Assembly: GCA_039796255.1 (NCBI GenBank)
Contig: JBDKKE010000335.1
Coordinates: 1-32,905 of the forward strand
DNA from: Verrucomicrobiota bacterium
GTDB lineage: Bacteria; Verrucomicrobiota; Verrucomicrobiia; Limisphaerales; UBA9464
Direction of reading: 5' to 3'
Length of the DNA stretch: 32,905 nt
Below the pieces are notes generated by a model that was given only the letters and a program-made list of their open reading frames with translations, had not been told where the DNA came from and searched no databases. This document shows positions 29,668 to 32,905 of this stretch, in pieces (the first letter of the stretch is position 1; each line of letters opens with the position of its first letter). The translations under genes were made by a program, and so were the position numbers.

Positions 29668-32190
29668 TCACCGGTTGAAAAGAAAGGCCGGGCTGTTCAG
29701 CAGGGCCCAGGTCAGATCCTGGGTATTCTCCAGACGGGCATCCCCTTCCCCGAGCTGGATGTCCTTCAACTCCCGTTCCGTGGGCGGACGGTTGAGGCAG
29801 CTCAGGTAAACCTCCTCGATGACCCTGCGGTTGTCGGACTGCGACTTTACCAGCTGGGTGAGTCGGTTTCCGGAATTGCTGACACACTCGCCCAGGGTCG
29901 GGCCATTGATGAGGTTGAGGGCGTGCGAAAGGGTTACGTTGCTCGACCGCTCGCATTCGCAGGCGCTCTGGCGCTTTGGACGCCCAAACAGCGCGAGGAA
30001 ATCATTGCCGCCCACCATGCCGTCCGGCACCTGGACAGCCCGAAGCCCCTCCGGCATGTCCTTGAAGCGGGCGCGGTAACCGGTGGCCACGGCCACGGCA
30101 TCCAGCATTTGCTCCGCGCTCAACCGGCGGGGAATCGCATGGGAGAAATTCACCAGGTCATCCTCATTCCAGCGGTTGGGCAGGATGCTCAACTGATAGG
30201 TGCGGGACTGGCAGATCGTCCGCAGCAGGCGGCGTACATCGTGTCCATGGGTGGCGAAATCGTCGGTCAGGGCATCCAGCAGCGCCGCGTTGCTGGGAGG
30301 ATTGCCAGCCCGGATGTCGTCCACGGGATCAATGATCCCGCGTCCGAAGAAGTAGCTCCAAAAGCGGTTCACCGTGGACCGTGCGAAGTAGGGGTTCTCC
30401 CGGGAAGTCAACCAGTCCGCGAAGACACCCCGCCGATCGGCGCCCGACGTCGGTTCGGCCGCCGTGCCGTACGGCACCCGGGGCGGCACCGGCTGGTCGG
30501 TCTTGGGATGCTTCACCTCACCGCCGTTGTAATTCTGATAGACGATGTCCTCCGAAACCTGCTCCGAGGCGTAGGTCTCGGTGCCGCGGATCAGCGTGTC
30601 GCGACCGAGCGTTCCGCGCTTGAAGGCGACCTGGGCAAAGAAGGCGCCAAACTCGTAGTACTGGTTCTGCGTCCAGCGCTCGAAGGGATGGTCGTGGCAC
30701 TTGTTGCAGTTGAAGCGGACGCCCAAAAAGGTCTGGGATACATCCTCGGTCATCTTGCCCGGATCGCGCAGTGCCCGCAGGTAGTTGCCGGCGGGGTTCT
30801 CGAAGGTGCTGCCCTTGGCCAGGATCAGGTCCCGCGCGAACTGGTCGTAGGGACGATTCTGGGCGAACTGCTTTCCAATCCAGCTCCGGAACACATAGGT
30901 CCCCTTCTTACCCAGGTTCTCCGAATTGCACTGGAGCAGGTCGGCGAACTTGTTGCCCCAGTAATCGCCGTAGGCGGGCGAGGCCAGCAGCTCCTCAATC
31001 AGGGCATCACGCTTTTTCCGGGAATCGGCGTTATCGGCGAGAAACGCCCGCACCTTCTCCGCGCCGGGCGGCTGTCCGGTCAGGTCCAGGGACACGCGGC
31101 GGATGAACTCGGCGTCGGTACAGAGATCGGATGGGTTGATCTTCATCCGCTCCAGCTTGGCGTTGACCAGCGAGTCGACGAAACTGTGCACCGGCATGGC
31201 GGCGAACTGGAATCCACTCCGATCGCCCATCACCACCACCTCGCGGGCGGCATAGAGCCCTTCGTACCGGACCAGAACCGCCATTTCCCCACGGCGCAGG
31301 GCGGTGAGGTGATGGTCCTTCACCAGCGCAATCTCCTCATTGTTGCTGCTCAGAATGGCCTCGCGGGTGACATCGCGGGTCGAGCCGTCCGGGAAACTGG
31401 CGATCACCAGGAACTCCTGCTGACGCCCCGGGAGGTCGATCTCCACGGTGGAGGGCAGGATGCTGATATGGGTGGCCCGCGCCCGGGCCGGATCCTCGTA
31501 CCGGGCGCCCTCGGCGATCCACTGGCGCAGGAGGGAGTGATAACGGGAGCCGGGCTTCAGCGCCTGACCGCCCTCATGAGGCACATCCCCGAGCGGTTTC
31601 TGCAGCATGAGGGAGTCGTCCACCGCCACCCGGTTGAAGCGGCGTCCGCTCAGGTCATTGATCAGCGCCTGGTAGTCGAAATCGGGATCGTAGCCGCGCA
31701 GGGAAAGCTTGAAGCCATTCTTGCCCTTGGCCGAGCCGTGGCAGGTGCCCTGGCTGCAACCGACGCGGTTCATGACCGGCTCAATCTCGCGAACAAAGCC
31801 CACGGGAGGATGGTCGATGCCGCGCACCTTTACCGGGACGCTGACCGACTTTCCGCCCGCGGTCACCGTCACCGAGCCCTCCCCCACGGCCTTGCCGGAA
31901 ACGAATCGATCCTCGCCGACGGACACGAGATCGGTCTCCGGCTTGAACACCGCCTCGCCGGTCAGATCGATCAGCCCACCGTCGCTCCTTTCACCGAAGA
32001 CCAGCAGCGTCCGCGCATCGCGGGCATCCTCCAGCAGCAACTGCGCCGGCTCGACGCGCAGGGCGGTGATGGACGGCAGCGGAGGCTTCGGCGGCACGGC
32101 CTTGTCGGAAGCCCGCTCCGCGGACAGCGGCCGAACTGCGCCGGCGAGCAGAAGCGCAAACGCGAGAATTCTCTGGCAGTGACGAGGCAT
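29668..32190 (-). CDS. DUF1549/DUF1553 domain protein with Ig-like domains
   Basis: Signal peptide; GCSQGTCHG..GFKLSLRGYD; EFIRRVSLDLTG; FLGVRFNCNKCHDHPF; VNRFWSYFFGRGIIDPVDD; RRLSAEQ; LLNSPAFLFNR. Confidence 0.92.
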   Translation of the reverse strand: MPRHCQRILAFALLLAGAVRPLSAERASDKAVPPKPPLPSITALRVEPAQLLLEDARDARTLLVFGERSDGGLIDLTGEAVFKPETDLVSVGEDRFVSGKAVGEGSVTVTAGGKSVSVPVKVRGIDHPPVGFVREIEPVMNRVGCSQGTCHGSAKGKNGFKLSLRGYDPDFDYQALINDLSGRRFNRVAVDDSLMLQKPLGDVPHEGGQALKPGSRYHSLLRQWIAEGARYEDPARARATHISILPSTVEIDLPGRQQEFLVIASFPDGSTRDVTREAILSSNNEEIALVKDHHLTALRRGEMAVLVRYEGLYAAREVVVMGDRSGFQFAAMPVHSFVDSLVNAKLERMKINPSDLCTDAEFIRRVSLDLTGQPPGAEKVRAFLADNADSRKKRDALIEELLASPAYGDYWGNKFADLLQCNSENLGKKGTYVFRSWIGKQFAQNRPYDQFARDLILAKGSTFENPAGNYLRALRDPGKMTEDVSQTFLGVRFNCNKCHDHPFERWTQNQYYEFGAFFAQVAFKRGTLGRDTLIRGTETYASEQVSEDIVYQNYNGGEVKHPKTDQPVPPRVPYGTAAEPTSGADRRGVFADWLTSRENPYFARSTVNRFWSYFFGRGIIDPVDDIRAGNPPSNAALLDALTDDFATHGHDVRRLLRTICQSRTYQLSILPNRWNEDDLVNFSHAIPRRLSAEQMLDAVAVATGYRARFKDMPEGLRAVQVPDGMVGGNDFLALFGRPKRQSACECERSSNVTLSHALNLINGPTLGECVSNSGNRLTQLVKSQSDNRRVIEEVYLSCLNRPPTERELKDIQLGEGDARLENTQDLTWALLNSPAFLFNR

Positions 32191-32214
32191 GATGTCTCTG
32201 GGGAGTTCTTGGAA

Positions 32215-32243
32215 ACGCTAGGCACCGGACTCCCAGGGCTCAA
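32215..32243 (-). promoter_or_regulatory. Candidate sigma70-type promoter for the DUF1549 cluster
   Basis: Minus strand TTGAGC-17 bp-TAGCGT, ending 24 nt upstream of ATG 32190. Confidence 0.45.
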
Positions 32244-32263
32244 GCAGCATTCACCGCACTTTA

Positions 32264-32568
32264 GAGCCTGTTTTAAAATTCAAAGGGGTCCTGTTTTCGC
32301 GGAAACGACCCGATGGCGATCCGACTTCGCATTCCAGCTTCGGCGGGATGCAGGCGCGACGAGCGAGCATACCCGCAGCGGTCTGTGAGCGAGGAGCAAC
32401 GAAGCCAGTGGGTCGTTTCCGCGATAACCCTCCGGGCGGCGGGTCTTTTGCCGGTGGCCGGCGTTGGCTCGGCCGTTACAGCCCACTGCGGGGATGCGCC
32501 AGCCTCGCCGCCTGGGCCACCACCAAAATCCCTCGCCGCAGGACCCCTTTCAATTTCAAAACAGGCTC
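32264..32568. mobile_element. MITE-like non-autonomous element with terminal inverted repeats
   Basis: 32261-32293 ttagagcctgttttaaaattcaaaggggtcctg vs reverse complement of 32539-32571 ttagagcctgttttgaaattgaaaggggtcctg (31/33). TA flanks GAGCCTG...CAGGCTC on both sides (possible TSD); no transposase inside. Confidence 0.8.
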
Positions 32569-32644
32569 TAAGGAGAGTCTGGAATCCGCGGGTTCTGTCA
32601 GACTGGAGCCGCTTCTTCCGTCAAAGTCCCTGAACTGGGAGTTT

Positions 32645-32681
32645 GAAAGCCGGCCCACACCCGAAAAGGTGTGGGCCGGCT
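32645..32681 (-). terminator. Intrinsic terminator downstream of the probable TonB-dependent receptor
   Basis: Perfect 14-bp stem agccggcccacacc/ggtgtgggccggct, 6-nt loop, short T run on the minus strand, 17 nt after the stop codon. Confidence 0.75.
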
Positions 32682-32698
32682 GATTTAACGGAGGAAGA

Positions 32699-32905
32699 TC
32701 AGAACTTCTTGGCAACCTGGAAGTAAATGAACCGGCCGATGATGTCGTAGTTTGCCTTGTCGGTCATGTCCTCGGAGGAGGAGGCAATGAGCCGGGGCTG
32801 CGTGTTGCTCACATTGTCACAGCCCACCGTGAGCGCGGTGTTGTTCCACCATTCTTCGCGTCCCTTGGACAGGAAGGTGTAGGAGAGCTGCATGCTGATG
32901 TTGTA
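32699..32905 (-). CDS. Probable TonB-dependent outer-membrane receptor, C-terminal fragment
   Basis: Frame open to the window edge; LTVGCDNVSNTQP..YDIIGRFIYFQVAKKF* with terminal Phe beta-signal. Confidence 0.82.
   Translation of the reverse strand, partial: YNISMQLSYTFLSKGREEWWNNTALTVGCDNVSNTQPRLIASSSEDMTDKANYDIIGRFIYFQVAKKF

Noticed and set aside
32280-32715. Small ORFs over the MITE as a transposase remnant
   Set aside because: No DDE, HUH or HTH-like sequence; the region is explained by inverted-repeat structure.

Overview
High-GC bacterial window whose gene content points to Verrucomicrobiota/PVC (inference from lamin-tail/CotH surface proteins, a DUF1549/DUF1553-DUF1501-PPC cluster and a PVC-type prepilin-like gene). 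Left to right: a 5'-truncated multi-lamin-tail surface protein; a small membrane protein starting with a ParB-like LGRGL peptide; a minus-strand block (phospholipase D, helical secreted protein, two Cys-type sulfatases); a lamin-tail/CotH kinase protein; purB, kdsA, rnd; a truncated VOC gene, pirin and divergent LysR regulator; a 3 x ~220 bp array of palindromic CACGGAT-rich units; a secreted beta-propeller-like protein; an orphan prepilin-like gene; a PPC/DUF1501/DUF1549-1553 cluster interrupted by an MNT-HEPN toxin-antitoxin pair; a ~305 bp TIR-bounded, highly structured MITE-like element; a terminator; and the 3' end of a probable TonB-dependent receptor. Best leads: the membrane-anchored ParB-like peptide, the structured repeat array, the structured MITE and a C-terminal module shared by the surface proteins. 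Family calls are from motif recognition by eye; no searches were run.
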